Assembly (NCBI GenBank): GCA_036011805.1
Contig: DASCOC010000043.1
Span: 1 to 45,207, forward strand
Source of the DNA: Rhodospirillales bacterium
GTDB taxonomy: Bacteria > Pseudomonadota > Alphaproteobacteria > Rhodospirillales > Casp-alpha2
Length of the DNA: 45,207 nucleotides
Direction: 5' to 3'
Below, one piece after another: positions 1 through 8,982 of this stretch. Made by a program: the position numbers and the translations under genes. Each line of letters opens with the position of its first letter. Positions within the stretch are counted from its first letter, which is position 1. The notes beneath the pieces are model-generated. The model ran no database searches, was not told the origin of the DNA, and worked only from the letters and a program-made list of their open reading frames with translations.

Positions 1-1921
1 GCCGCCAATCGAGCATGGCCTGGGGAACGAGGCGTCCGGAAACGCCGGAAAATTTAGCTTCTCCTTCCCGTTCCAGGTGGTCGACTTGATAGACATCACC
101 ATTGAGCGAAAGTGACAGTTTATAAGCGTCGCCGAAGGGCCCCATGAAGGGCAATTGCCAACCCGGCCGGATCGACAGCCGGCGGGTGTCGGTACCTTCA
201 TGACGGGCGATCGCCAGAAAGTTGACGTCCAACACCGTTTGGCCGCCATACTTATCGGGTTTCCCCAAGTGGTTGAAGTCGATCAACGGCAGGACCAGGG
301 GCTCCAGGTCGGGGTCGTCCGTCGACCGCAGGCCCTGGAAGGAATATCCGTTGGCGGAAAAATAGTTGCGACCCCGGAACCCTTCGACAAAAAGTCGGCT
401 ATTAAGAGAGGCCGGAGACCCAAACCCATAGCGTCTCAGGTAGGTGTCATCGGTAACGCGGTTAATGTCGAACCCGGCCCGCCAAGTGTTATTGAGATCA
501 AACCGGCCTTCGCTTTTGATATGGCCCCTGAAATCTTCATCATCGTCACCGCCGATGAGGCTCGCGGTTGCGTCAATTGTGCCGTTGCGGAAGCGTTGGC
601 GGTATTCCCCGATCATCCCCGATCCACCATCGCCGGTGACGAGCGCCGTGAGGGTCGCGTCTCGGGTCGGATCGATATTGATGTAATAGGGAACTTGGGC
701 GACGAGCCCTAAGTCCGATGATCGGCCGAAGGATGGTGCCAGAAGGCCGCTCTGACGTTTAACCGTCGGATCGGGATGAGATAGGTAAGGGGTATAGGCA
801 ACCGGTAATCCCATGACCTCAAGCCAGGCATCCCGGTATTCGATGGTCTTGGAATTCTTGTTATGAATGATTTTTACCGCCTTAACCTGCCACAGTGGCG
901 GTCGCGTCGGATCGTTCTGACACAGGTTGCACGGTGAATATACGCCTTGGCGCATTTCGGTGACGGTTCCACCGGACCGTCTGGCGCCGGTGGCGGCGAT
1001 GCGGGCGCGATCGGTCAGGATGATCCCCAGGCTTTCGATAAGGGCATCCTTGAGATCTCCGGAAATCTGCATTTGGTCACCGAAAATCTTTTCGCCTCCC
1101 GGTTCGCTCAGTTGAATATCTCCGGACGCCGTTACGACATCTGATTCCTGGTTGTAAATGATGCGGTCGGCGAGAAGCTTCCGTTCGCCGTGGATGATTT
1201 CGACGTTGCCGGTGGCGGTCACCAAACCATTTTCCTGATCGAAACTGATGTCGTCGGCGCTCAGGTGAACGGGCAGGTCGAGATCAACCTCACCCGTGGT
1301 CTGCGTCGATCCGGCGGGGACGGTTTGCGTTCCTGAGGCGGACTTAGGCGAAGAAGAAGGAAGAGGCGGGGCCGCCTTCGGTTCGGCGACGACCGGGGCG
1401 AGGGCCGGAACCGGAATCGGGACGGTCGTTGGACCAGGAACAGTAACCGGCCGGGACGGCGCCTTGGCGTTGTAAGGGCCTGGATACCACAACGTCCCCA
1501 AGGGTTTTGTGTTGGGCGCCGGCGGCAGTGGCTGGGATTCGGGCGGTGCTGGTTGCGGGTCGATAACGGTCGCCGGCAAGGAGGTGGGTGCGGTGGCATT
1601 GGGATCATAGGCGCCCGGATACCACAGCGTGCCCAACGGCTTGCCCGGTTGCGGCGCACGCGTGGCCGGCGTACGGAATGGAATCGTCGGGCTTGCGGCC
1701 GGCGAAAGAATAGGCTGTGGAATGGGCGCAGGCGCCGGCGTCGAAGATGCCGGGGCAGGGCGGTAGGGACCGGGATACCATAGCGTTCCCAGCGGCTTGC
1801 TCGGCGTGGCTTGGCTGGTGACGGGCTGTGTCGCCGCCTCGGCGACGATGGAAAGGCTCAATGTGCCGCAAACGGCGAGCAGGGCCGAAAAGGTCAGGCG
1901 ATATCCCAGGCTGCGTCCCAT
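1..1921 (-). CDS. lptD: LPS-assembly outer-membrane protein LptD, N-terminal ~640 codons (C-terminus lies beyond window start)
   Basis: My own minus-strand translation from ATG 1921 finds no stop down to position 1. It gives a signal peptide MGRSLGYRLTFSALLAVCGTLSLSIVAEA, an OstA-like segment LSADDISFDQENGLVTATGNVEI, and LptD core motifs VYSPCNLC..PLWQVKAVKIIHN and YRDAWLEVMGLPVAYTPYLSHPDPTVKRQSGLL. It starts 7 nt after the lptG stop. It is absent from the ORF track because it is open at the window edge. Confidence 0.9.
   Translation of the reverse strand, partial: MGRSLGYRLTFSALLAVCGTLSLSIVAEAATQPVTSQATPSKPLGTLWYPGPYRPAPASSTPAPAPIPQPILSPAASPTIPFRTPATRAPQPGKPLGTLWYPGAYDPNATAPTSLPATVIDPQPAPPESQPLPPAPNTKPLGTLWYPGPYNAKAPSRPVTVPGPTTVPIPVPALAPVVAEPKAAPPLPSSSPKSASGTQTVPAGSTQTTGEVDLDLPVHLSADDISFDQENGLVTATGNVEIIHGERKLLADRIIYNQESDVVTASGDIQLSEPGGEKIFGDQMQISGDLKDALIESLGIILTDRARIAATGARRSGGTVTEMRQGVYSPCNLCQNDPTRPPLWQVKAVKIIHNKNSKTIEYRDAWLEVMGLPVAYTPYLSHPDPTVKRQSGLLAPSFGRSSDLGLVAQVPYYINIDPTRDATLTALVTGDGGSGMIGEYRQRFRNGTIDATASLIGGDDDEDFRGHIKSEGRFDLNNTWRAGFDINRVTDDTYLRRYGFGSPASLNSRLFVEGFRGRNYFSANGYSFQGLRSTDDPDLEPLVLPLIDFNHLGKPDKYGGQTVLDVNFLAIARHEGTDTRRLSIRPGWQLPFMGPFGDAYKLSLSLNGDVYQVDHLEREGEAKFSGVSGRLVPQAMLDWR
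1472..1798 (-). repeat. Three in-frame copies of the peptide motif KPLGTLWYPG(P/A)Y within the Pro-rich N-terminal linker of LptD
   Basis: The copies are encoded at 1763-1798, 1607-1642 and 1472-1507. They differ almost only at synonymous third codon positions. Confidence 0.85.
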
Positions 1922-1928
1922 GGCTATT

Positions 1929-3029
1929 CTATCCGTCCTCGAGATGCAGCAAGGTGGCCAGACCCAGCAAGGTAGCGACGCCCGACGGCGTCCAGGCGGC
2001 AAGGGTGACTGGGATGCTATCCGACAAGCCTAAGGCGAAGACGATATCGGAGAAGAAATAGAGGATGAATCCCGTCAGCACGCCGCCGGCGATAATGTAG
2101 ATGCCGCCGCCTTGGCGGGCATGGCGCAGCGTGAACGTGGCGGCAATCAAGACCATCGCGCACATGAGGAACGGCGAAGCCAGCAGCGAATGCCAGTAAA
2201 GCCTGTGTCTGATGGCGGAAAAGCCTGCTTTCTCTAAGGTTTCGATAAAATCGGGAAGATCCCAGAAAGACATGGTTTCCGGCGGCGCGAAACTATCCTG
2301 GATCCGGTTGAGCGTCAGGTCGGTGGCCAGCCAGTAATCCTTTTCGAAGCGGGGTTGCTCATTCGGGATATGCACCCAGGCGTTGGTGATATGCCAGAAA
2401 CCGTCCTCCAGGCGGGCATATTCCGCGTCGATGCGTCCGGCGAACTGTTCGGCGTCCTTATAGTTGAAAACGATGACGTCTCTGAGTTCGACATCCTGGT
2501 CCACTTGCAGGACGAAATTGGAATGCACCACCGATTGCCCTTCGGTATTGGCTTGGCGGAGCCACAGCCCGGCTTGGGACAGGGCCAGGAAGCTCCTTTG
2601 GCCTTTCAGGGTGACCGCCTCGATCCGCTCAAAACGGGTGACCGTCGATGACGCCAGCGGGTTGAGGATTCCGATCTGGAATAAACCGAGCAGAAAGGCT
2701 ATGCCGATCACCGGCAATAGGAATTGCCAAACCGAGACCCCTGCAGCCCGGGTGATGACCAACTCATGGGTTCGCGTCAACCGCCAGAATGCCATCATGC
2801 CGCCGAACAGGACGGCAAAGGGAAAAACCTGCTGGCCCATATGGGGAAGCTTCAGGAGCGACATTTCGATGACCAGGGAGAATGAAACATTTGGCTTGGC
2901 GGCGGCGCGGCGCATTAGCTCTACCGTGTCGAACAGAAGGATCAACAGCAGGAACAGGCCGAACAACACCACAAAGCTCAGCAAAAAATTGCGACCGATA
3001 TAGACGGAGAGGGTTGTCGATAGACGCAC
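1929..3029 (-). CDS. lptG: LPS export ABC transporter permease LptG
   Basis: The track ORF is 1929..3287, but its first 86 codons overlap lptF in another frame. GTG 3029 lies 18 nt after the lptF stop and follows a GGAAGGGA SD. The product begins VRLSTTLSVYIGRNFLLSF and has the YjgP/YjgQ permease layout with a large periplasmic loop. Confidence 0.85.
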   Translation of the reverse strand: MRLSTTLSVYIGRNFLLSFVVLFGLFLLLILLFDTVELMRRAAAKPNVSFSLVIEMSLLKLPHMGQQVFPFAVLFGGMMAFWRLTRTHELVITRAAGVSVWQFLLPVIGIAFLLGLFQIGILNPLASSTVTRFERIEAVTLKGQRSFLALSQAGLWLRQANTEGQSVVHSNFVLQVDQDVELRDVIVFNYKDAEQFAGRIDAEYARLEDGFWHITNAWVHIPNEQPRFEKDYWLATDLTLNRIQDSFAPPETMSFWDLPDFIETLEKAGFSAIRHRLYWHSLLASPFLMCAMVLIAATFTLRHARQGGGIYIIAGGVLTGFILYFFSDIVFALGLSDSIPVTLAAWTPSGVATLLGLATLLHLEDG

Positions 3030-3049
3030 GTGCTTAAATCCCTTCCATG

Positions 3050-4171
3050 CTAGGCCGCTAATGGTTCGGTGCTGGGTGGACGGCGGCGTTGATTGGTGAC
3101 CAGGACCGCATAACCAAAAATGATCGGCGCCATGGCCAGGGCATAGAGCAGAGGTACCAGTTCCAAATTCTTGGCGACAAGATTTTCCACGCCCAAGCCG
3201 CCGAGCACAAGGGAACATGTAATGGCGCAGGCGAGAATGACTTGGCGGGCCTGAGTGCGGCGGCTGAAGGAACTGGAAATCAGGCACGCCAGACCAACCA
3301 GGGTAAGGCCAAGGGCCGTGAGCGGTGACGCCAGCCGTTTATGGCCTTCGACGATGAACTTGCCGAATTCCTTGTCATTCATTTTTGGCTCGGCCTGACG
3401 GATATTGAATAATTCGTCCAGGGGCCGTTCCCGGGGTTCCCGGAAGCGTTCGGCGACTTTTTCGGTGCCGGCGGCCATGTCGAATACGTAGCGGTCGAAA
3501 TAGAGGATCGACAGCTTGTTGGTTTTCTTGTCCACGGATTGGCGATTGCCGTTGAACATAACGACCCGCGCCCCTTCCTCGGTATTGAACATGGCGCCCT
3601 TGCCCGCCATCAAGGTTTCAGGGCGGTCCTTATTGCTCTGATCGTGGACCAAAAGCCCAAGCAATTGCCCATCGTTGGTGCGTTGGCGCACGTAAACGGT
3701 AATCCCGTCACTAACCGGGTTGAAGGCGCCTTCGCGAAGCAGGATGTGGCTGTAGTTGTAGCGAATGTCCCACTGCAATTCCCGGAATTTCTTATACGAC
3801 TGCGGCACCACCTGCAGGTTCAGCGCATATCCGAAAACCATCACGATCATCGCCAAAATCAGCGCCGGTTTGGCCAAGGCAAATTGGCTCAAGCCCGCGG
3901 CCCGCATGACCACCAGTTCGCGGTCGGTGATCAGTTTTGAATAGGTGAATACGATCACCGTAAACAGCGCTATCGGCAGCACGATGACCAGGAAATTCGG
4001 CAACAGAAGCACGGTCAAGTAAACGAACATCCCCCCCGAAAGCCCGCGGTTGACGATCATTTCGATGAATCGTAGCGACTGTGACAGCCAGATGATGCAG
4101 GTCAGGACCGAAGTCACCAGAATCATCCCCACGATCAACTGCCGCAGAATATATTTTGTAAAGCCGTTCAT
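3050..4171 (-). CDS. lptF: LPS export ABC transporter permease LptF
   Basis: 373-aa ORF beginning MNGFTKYILRQLIVGMILVT, of the YjgP/YjgQ family. It lies directly upstream of lptG. Confidence 0.9.
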   Translation of the reverse strand: MNGFTKYILRQLIVGMILVTSVLTCIIWLSQSLRFIEMIVNRGLSGGMFVYLTVLLLPNFLVIVLPIALFTVIVFTYSKLITDRELVVMRAAGLSQFALAKPALILAMIVMVFGYALNLQVVPQSYKKFRELQWDIRYNYSHILLREGAFNPVSDGITVYVRQRTNDGQLLGLLVHDQSNKDRPETLMAGKGAMFNTEEGARVVMFNGNRQSVDKKTNKLSILYFDRYVFDMAAGTEKVAERFREPRERPLDELFNIRQAEPKMNDKEFGKFIVEGHKRLASPLTALGLTLVGLACLISSSFSRRTQARQVILACAITCSLVLGGLGVENLVAKNLELVPLLYALAMAPIIFGYAVLVTNQRRRPPSTEPLAA

Positions 4172-4214
4172 AGCCCGGTTTTTGTAGTTGAATTAGGCTA
4201 AAAATGTGTGAAAA

Positions 4215-4249
4215 AAGCTAAAAAATCAAGGACTAACGATATTTAGTCC
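4215..4249 (-). terminator. Rho-independent terminator after the acyl-CoA dehydrogenase gene
   Basis: On the minus strand the hairpin is GGACTAA-ATATCG-TTAGTCC (4230-4249), followed by TTGATTTTTT. It lies 23 nt downstream of the stop at 4272. Confidence 0.6.
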
Positions 4250-4271
4250 GATCCGAATGAAAATCCGGGCT

Positions 4272-6083
4272 CTAATTGCCGCCGGGTTTGAATCTGGTGA
4301 CGGCAGCCCAACCGCGGGTGATGGTGGCGGCAAGGGACGGCGCCTGGATCAGGAATTGATCGGCAAAAAACCGGGCAGATACAATTTTTGCAGGGAAAAA
4401 GCCGCCCCCGTCTTGCCCCTCAGCGCCTTGGCTCAGGTGTTTTTCGGCGGCCAGCGCGGCGCGGGCCATCAGCCAGCCACCGGCGACGATACCGAATAGC
4501 CGCAGATAGGGAACCGCCCCCGCAGCCACGGCTTCGGGGTTTTCAGGGTGGGTTTCGACGATCCAATCGGTGGCTTCGGTCAGGGCCGCGATGGCGTCGG
4601 CCAGGGCGGCGCGGATGGCCTCAAGGTCGTCACCGGATTTTTCGCCTAAATCGCCATCCAGGGCCTGCATGTCGGAAATCAAGGCCTTGGCGGCGGCGCC
4701 TTGGTCGCGGGCGACCTTGCGGCCGACCAGGTCCAGGGCCTGAATACCATTGGTGCCTTCATAGATGGCGGTAACGCGAACATCGCGCAGGAATTGCGGG
4801 GCGCCGGATTCCTCGATGTATCCGGCCCCGCCCAAGACCTGAATGCCGGTGTTGGCGACGTCGATACCGGTGTCGGTGCTCCAGGCCTTGACCACGGGGA
4901 TCAGTAAATCCACTAGCGCCTGTTTTTCCCGGCGCGCCGCTTCGTCGGGGTGGCGCCGCGCGGCGTCAAGGGCGGCGGCGGCAAAATAGGCCAGCGCCCG
5001 GATTGCCTCGGTCTGGACGCGCATGGACAACAGCATGCGGCGAACGTCCGGGTGATGGTCGATGCTGACCGGGCCCAAAGCTCCGCCTTGGGTTCTTTCG
5101 GCTGCATAGGCGCTGGCATTTTGATAGGCGCGCTCGGCGACGCCGACGCCTTCGACGCCGATGGCCAGGCGGGCATTGTTCATCATCGTAAACATATATT
5201 CGATGCCCCGGTTTTCCTCGCCCAGCAGGTAGCCGATGGCGCCGCCGTCTTCGCCACTAACGGCATTGTCCCCGAATGCCATCACGCAGGTGGGGCTGGC
5301 ATTGATCCCCAGCTTGTGTTCCAGGGATACGCACCTGAGGTCGTTGCGGTTTCCTAAAGTCCCATCATCCTTGACCAGGAATTTCGGTACTACAAACAGC
5401 GACAAACCCTTGATCCCTTCAGGACCGTCGGGGCTGCGGGCCAGGACCATGTGAATGATATTTTCAGTAAAATCCTGCTCACCGTGGGTAATGAAAATTT
5501 TCTGGCCGGTAATCCGGTAGCCCTCACCGTCGGTGGCCTTGACCGCCTTGGTCCGCACCTTCGACAGGTCGGACCCGGCCTGAGGTTCAGTCAGGTTCAT
5601 GGTGCCGGACCAAACGCCGGACACCAGTTTTTCCATGAATACCCCCTTCAGTTGATCGGAACCGTGGATGGTCAACAGCTCGACCGCGGCTTGCGTTAAG
5701 GTCGGGCAGATGGCGAGGGCCATATTGGCGGCCTGCCAGATTTCAAATGCCGCCGCCGACACCAACAACGGCAGCCCCTGGCCCCCATAATCAGGATCGA
5801 AAGGAAGGCTGTTCCAGCCGCCTTCGATAAAACGGGCATAGGCTTCGGGGAAGCCCTTCGGGGTGCGGACGACGCCGTTCTCCAGGACGCAGCCTTCTTC
5901 ATCGCCGCTTTTGTTGAGCGGCGCCATCACCTCGGACGCCAGCTTGCCGGCTTCTTCCAGGATTGCGTCGATCAGGTCCGGTGTCGCTTCCTCATAACCG
6001 GGAAGCTTGGAAATGCCGTCAAGGTCCGCCAGTTCGTTGAGCACGAACCGCATCTCGTCCAATGGGGCTTGATAAACAGTCAT
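4272..6083 (-). CDS. Long-form acyl-CoA dehydrogenase (N- and C-terminal extension type)
   Basis: 603-aa ORF. It has the N-terminal MTVYQAPLDEMRFVLNEL extension, the TEPQAGSD motif, and YEGTNGIQALDLVGRK near the ACAD C-terminal domain. Confidence 0.9.
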   Translation of the reverse strand: MTVYQAPLDEMRFVLNELADLDGISKLPGYEEATPDLIDAILEEAGKLASEVMAPLNKSGDEEGCVLENGVVRTPKGFPEAYARFIEGGWNSLPFDPDYGGQGLPLLVSAAAFEIWQAANMALAICPTLTQAAVELLTIHGSDQLKGVFMEKLVSGVWSGTMNLTEPQAGSDLSKVRTKAVKATDGEGYRITGQKIFITHGEQDFTENIIHMVLARSPDGPEGIKGLSLFVVPKFLVKDDGTLGNRNDLRCVSLEHKLGINASPTCVMAFGDNAVSGEDGGAIGYLLGEENRGIEYMFTMMNNARLAIGVEGVGVAERAYQNASAYAAERTQGGALGPVSIDHHPDVRRMLLSMRVQTEAIRALAYFAAAALDAARRHPDEAARREKQALVDLLIPVVKAWSTDTGIDVANTGIQVLGGAGYIEESGAPQFLRDVRVTAIYEGTNGIQALDLVGRKVARDQGAAAKALISDMQALDGDLGEKSGDDLEAIRAALADAIAALTEATDWIVETHPENPEAVAAGAVPYLRLFGIVAGGWLMARAALAAEKHLSQGAEGQDGGGFFPAKIVSARFFADQFLIQAPSLAATITRGWAAVTRFKPGGN

Positions 6084-6127
6084 CCCTGCAACTGAACACC
6101 AACCGCAAGGGCATGTCCAGGGGACCT

Positions 6128-6901
6128 TTAGGTCTGTTCGCGGGTAAAGACCCAGGTGTTGCCTTCGGACAGATCAGGCCGGTGGGCGTAGCCGTCGGCG
6201 TCGAAGGATTTTAACTGTTCGGGGCCCTCAAGGCGGTTTTTGATGATATAGCGCGCCATCGCGCCTCTTGCCCTTTTGGCGAACATGCCCAACACCTTGG
6301 CGACACCCGACTTAACCTCCTTGAACACCGGCGTGATGACCGGTCCAATGAGGTCATCTTCATGGACGGCCTTGAAGTATTCCACCGAGGCTAAATTGAT
6401 AACGCTGCGGTCATTTTGGGTGGCGGTGGCTTCGTTGATCGCTGCCGTCAGCTGTCCGTCCCAGAACCCATAAAGGTTATCGGCTTGCGGCGGCTGGAAC
6501 TTGGCGCCCATTTCCAGCCGGTAGGGTTGGATCAGGTCGAGCGGTCGGAGTAACCCATAAAGTCCCGACAGAATCCTTAAATGATCCTGGGCGAAATCGA
6601 GATCGGCGGGCCCCAGGTTGGTGGCATCGAGGCCGATGTAGGTGTCACCGTTAAACACCCATGCCGCCTGCTTAGCGTTGGCCAGCGTGAATGGCGTCGA
6701 AAAGTCCTGGAACCGCTGGAAATTGAGGTCCGCCAGCTTGTCGCCGAGTTTCATGGTCCGGCCCAGGTCGGCACGGCTGAGGCGGCGCGCTTGGCCGACC
6801 AGGATATCGGCCTTGTCCAGGAACTTGGGCTGAGTATGCTCCTGGAAATGCGGTTCGGTTTCGAAATCGAGTTTCTTGGCGGGGGAAATCACGGCAAGCA
6901 T
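6128..6901 (-). CDS. yaaA: Peroxide stress protein YaaA (DUF328/UPF0246)
   Basis: 257 aa with the family-typical start MLAVISPAKKLDFE and typical length. Confidence 0.9.
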   Translation of the reverse strand: MLAVISPAKKLDFETEPHFQEHTQPKFLDKADILVGQARRLSRADLGRTMKLGDKLADLNFQRFQDFSTPFTLANAKQAAWVFNGDTYIGLDATNLGPADLDFAQDHLRILSGLYGLLRPLDLIQPYRLEMGAKFQPPQADNLYGFWDGQLTAAINEATATQNDRSVINLASVEYFKAVHEDDLIGPVITPVFKEVKSGVAKVLGMFAKRARGAMARYIIKNRLEGPEQLKSFDADGYAHRPDLSEGNTWVFTREQT

Positions 6902-6990
6902 AGGGCGGGTCCGTTGTCGTTCAGGTTGATGTCCGATTTTGATATTTTGATATAGTGGCTTTGTCGAGCTTCTGGAAGCGATAAAAATAA

Positions 6991-7338
6991 GTGATTACCG
7001 TTCATGGCCTGAAAAACTGCGACACCTGCAAGAAAGCGCTGAAGTGGCTCGACGAACAGGACCTGGCGCACCAATTCCGCGACGTGCGCCGGGACGGTGT
7101 CGATGAAGCAACCATTACCCGCTGGATCGACGCCGTCGGCTGGGAAACGCTGCTGAATAAACGCGGCACCACCTGGCGCGGCCTCGGGGACGCCGAAAAG
7201 GACTCGATTGATGAGACCAGCGCGGCGGCCCTGATGGCGGCTCACCCGGCGTTGATAAAACGCCCGGTGTTTGAATTAGACGGTCGCGTCATCGTCGGTT
7301 TCAAGGATAAACAGCGGGACTTACTTGCAGACGCTTAG
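6991..7338 (+). CDS. ArsC/Spx-family protein, YffB-like
   Basis: GTG start, 115 aa. Motifs are ITVHGLKNCDTCKKALKWL and LLNKRGTTWRGL. Confidence 0.85.
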   Translation: MITVHGLKNCDTCKKALKWLDEQDLAHQFRDVRRDGVDEATITRWIDAVGWETLLNKRGTTWRGLGDAEKDSIDETSAAALMAAHPALIKRPVFELDGRVIVGFKDKQRDLLADA

Positions 7339-7606
7339 AGTCTATCTGGTTAATATAGGCCCACTCTGACCGAGGGCATTTGGGTTTGGAGTAGGAGCGC
7401 TTTGCAGAGCATAGCGGTGCTAAGGTCAATAAGCGTGACGCCCGCCAAGCCCAAAGGCCCCGGCGCCTTAAGGGGTGGCATGTGGCGGCCGTCCGCCGCG
7501 TTGCGCCGCTTGCCCGATGCGCCTTAATCGCGCCGCGCGACGCGCCTAACGGGCCGACTCACCACCAGCCATCAGAGAGGGCCTATATTAACCAGATAGA
7601 CTCTAA
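7335..7606. mobile_element. MITE-like element or large palindromic unit: perfect 28-bp terminal inverted repeats around a 216-bp core
   Basis: 7335-7362 (TTAGAGTCTATCTGGTTAATATAGGCCC) is the exact reverse complement of 7579-7606. A further 6 of 8 nt pair inward. There is no internal ORF and no transposase. Confidence 0.5.
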
Positions 7607-8982
7607 ATATGCGTTGAGACCACTTCCGCTAGTTGCGGGCTAGGCCGGCCTTCCGAGGCAGGTTGATAGAGTGCCTTGAAGAACAGTTCATGTTTGCCGT
7701 TGAGGGCGAACGTCGCCCGTTGCACCGCGACCCGCCGGCCCTGGTAGTACAGCCCGACCGAATTCCCGGGGTCGCCGCGTATGCCGTCCTTGGCTTCACT
7801 TACCCGCAACTGCACTTCCGCGTCTGCCGGAAGCCGGTCGAGATAATAGGCGAAGACATAATAGTCCTTCTTCGTTTTCTGGATATTGCCTGACCGGCGA
7901 ACCGCCTTGGCGGCGACATGGGTGAGCATTTCCCTTTCATCGAGTTGAAGGAAATTCGAGGGAACGTCCTTCGCCGGGACAATGAATATTTTCGCCAGCG
8001 GTTTGGACGGAGCGACGGGAAGAACGGAGGCCTTCAGGATTTTTACGTTGCGGCCCGAAAAACCGTAACGAACCGCAAGCATCGTCGATACCCGCCGTCC
8101 GATGGCGTCGGAAAAGGTCAACAGCGCGCTTATTTCGACGGCGCCGGGTTGCGCCGTGGACGCTTGAAATTCGGTGATCGCAAGCCCGGAGAGGGCGTAT
8201 CCTTCGTAGCGGAAATCCGGGTCCTGCAAGTCCTTGGCGGCTTCCGGTGAAAGGGAGACGGGAAAGAGGTCTACCGGTTTGGCTTGTCCGCGCATGCTCA
8301 GGACCGCGGCGCCGATGGCCATGGTCGCATGCCAGGGAATCTTGTTCCTGGCCAAGGATCGTAAGCCGACGTTGATGGCCTGGGTTTTGACTTGCGTCGG
8401 GCCGGCGACCTGGGTTGGGACTGGGGTCGACACCTGTGCAAAATCGACAGTCGCGGCCGGCGAGGAGAGGCCGCTGAACATGTCCTCCAGGCCTTGCTGT
8501 GTTTGTCCCGTGGTCCCTTGGGGCGCGGCGGCCCGGTTCAGCATATTGGCGCCGCGTTGACCCATGATCGAGGCCATGGTCTCTGGGCCGATGGGGATGC
8601 CTTCTTTTGCGGCGACATCGGTTATCGTACCAAGGAGTGCATCTACCGGGGAGACGCCTTTGGCCAGGGCACTTTGATAGGCCTCGAGGGCGTCCATGAG
8701 GGAAATCGTGAAATTCTTCTCAATGCCTTTGATTTCCACACTGACCTCGAGAAGGACATCAGTGAGAGTCATGACGGCGTTCAAGGTCACCGCCGGTTGC
8801 CCCAACAGGGCGTTGACCACGGCTTGCACCAGCGCCATGATCTGGTCGAGCACAGCCTGGGGCAGGCCCCAGATGGAACGGACTTTTGTGATTGTAATGA
8901 TTTGAACGACCTTCTGTTTAGCCTGCTTCGCCGGAACACTGGGCTGCTTATCCGGCCCCCCCATGCAATACAACCGGAACAT
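7603..8982 (-). CDS. Hypothetical protein, probably the C-terminal part of a frameshift-split envelope protein; its last ~245 aa are paralogous to the lipoprotein at 42607..43728
   Basis: 459-aa ORF with high GC3 throughout, including the 196 nt that overlap ORF 8787..9557. Alternative starts are ATG 8964, 8838 and 8772. Confidence 0.7.
   Translation of the reverse strand: MFRLYCMGGPDKQPSVPAKQAKQKVVQIITITKVRSIWGLPQAVLDQIMALVQAVVNALLGQPAVTLNAVMTLTDVLLEVSVEIKGIEKNFTISLMDALEAYQSALAKGVSPVDALLGTITDVAAKEGIPIGPETMASIMGQRGANMLNRAAAPQGTTGQTQQGLEDMFSGLSSPAATVDFAQVSTPVPTQVAGPTQVKTQAINVGLRSLARNKIPWHATMAIGAAVLSMRGQAKPVDLFPVSLSPEAAKDLQDPDFRYEGYALSGLAITEFQASTAQPGAVEISALLTFSDAIGRRVSTMLAVRYGFSGRNVKILKASVLPVAPSKPLAKIFIVPAKDVPSNFLQLDEREMLTHVAAKAVRRSGNIQKTKKDYYVFAYYLDRLPADAEVQLRVSEAKDGIRGDPGNSVGLYYQGRRVAVQRATFALNGKHELFFKALYQPASEGRPSPQLAEVVSTHI

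Noticed and set aside
155-1871. Track ORFs 155..712 (+), 1261..1659 (-), 1605..1871 (-) and neighbours
   Set aside because: They are alternative frames or the opposite strand of the edge-open lptD reading frame, which has unmistakable LptD motifs.
3030-3287. N-terminal 86 codons of the 452-aa lptG track ORF. Similar 5' extensions occur at 11791-11946, 21967-22047, 25508-25573, 26606-26659, 28039-28188, 31629-31802, 33348-33398, 41830-41886, 18677-18736 and 24362-24403.
   Set aside because: The extensions overlap upstream genes or have non-coding composition. Internal starts with SD sequences give family-typical N-termini.
7363-7578. Core of the inverted-repeat element as a known structured RNA (6S, SRP, tmRNA, RNase P)
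   Set aside because: I could not find any conserved sequence block of those RNAs by eye, and the interior does not fold back on itself beyond the terminal arms.
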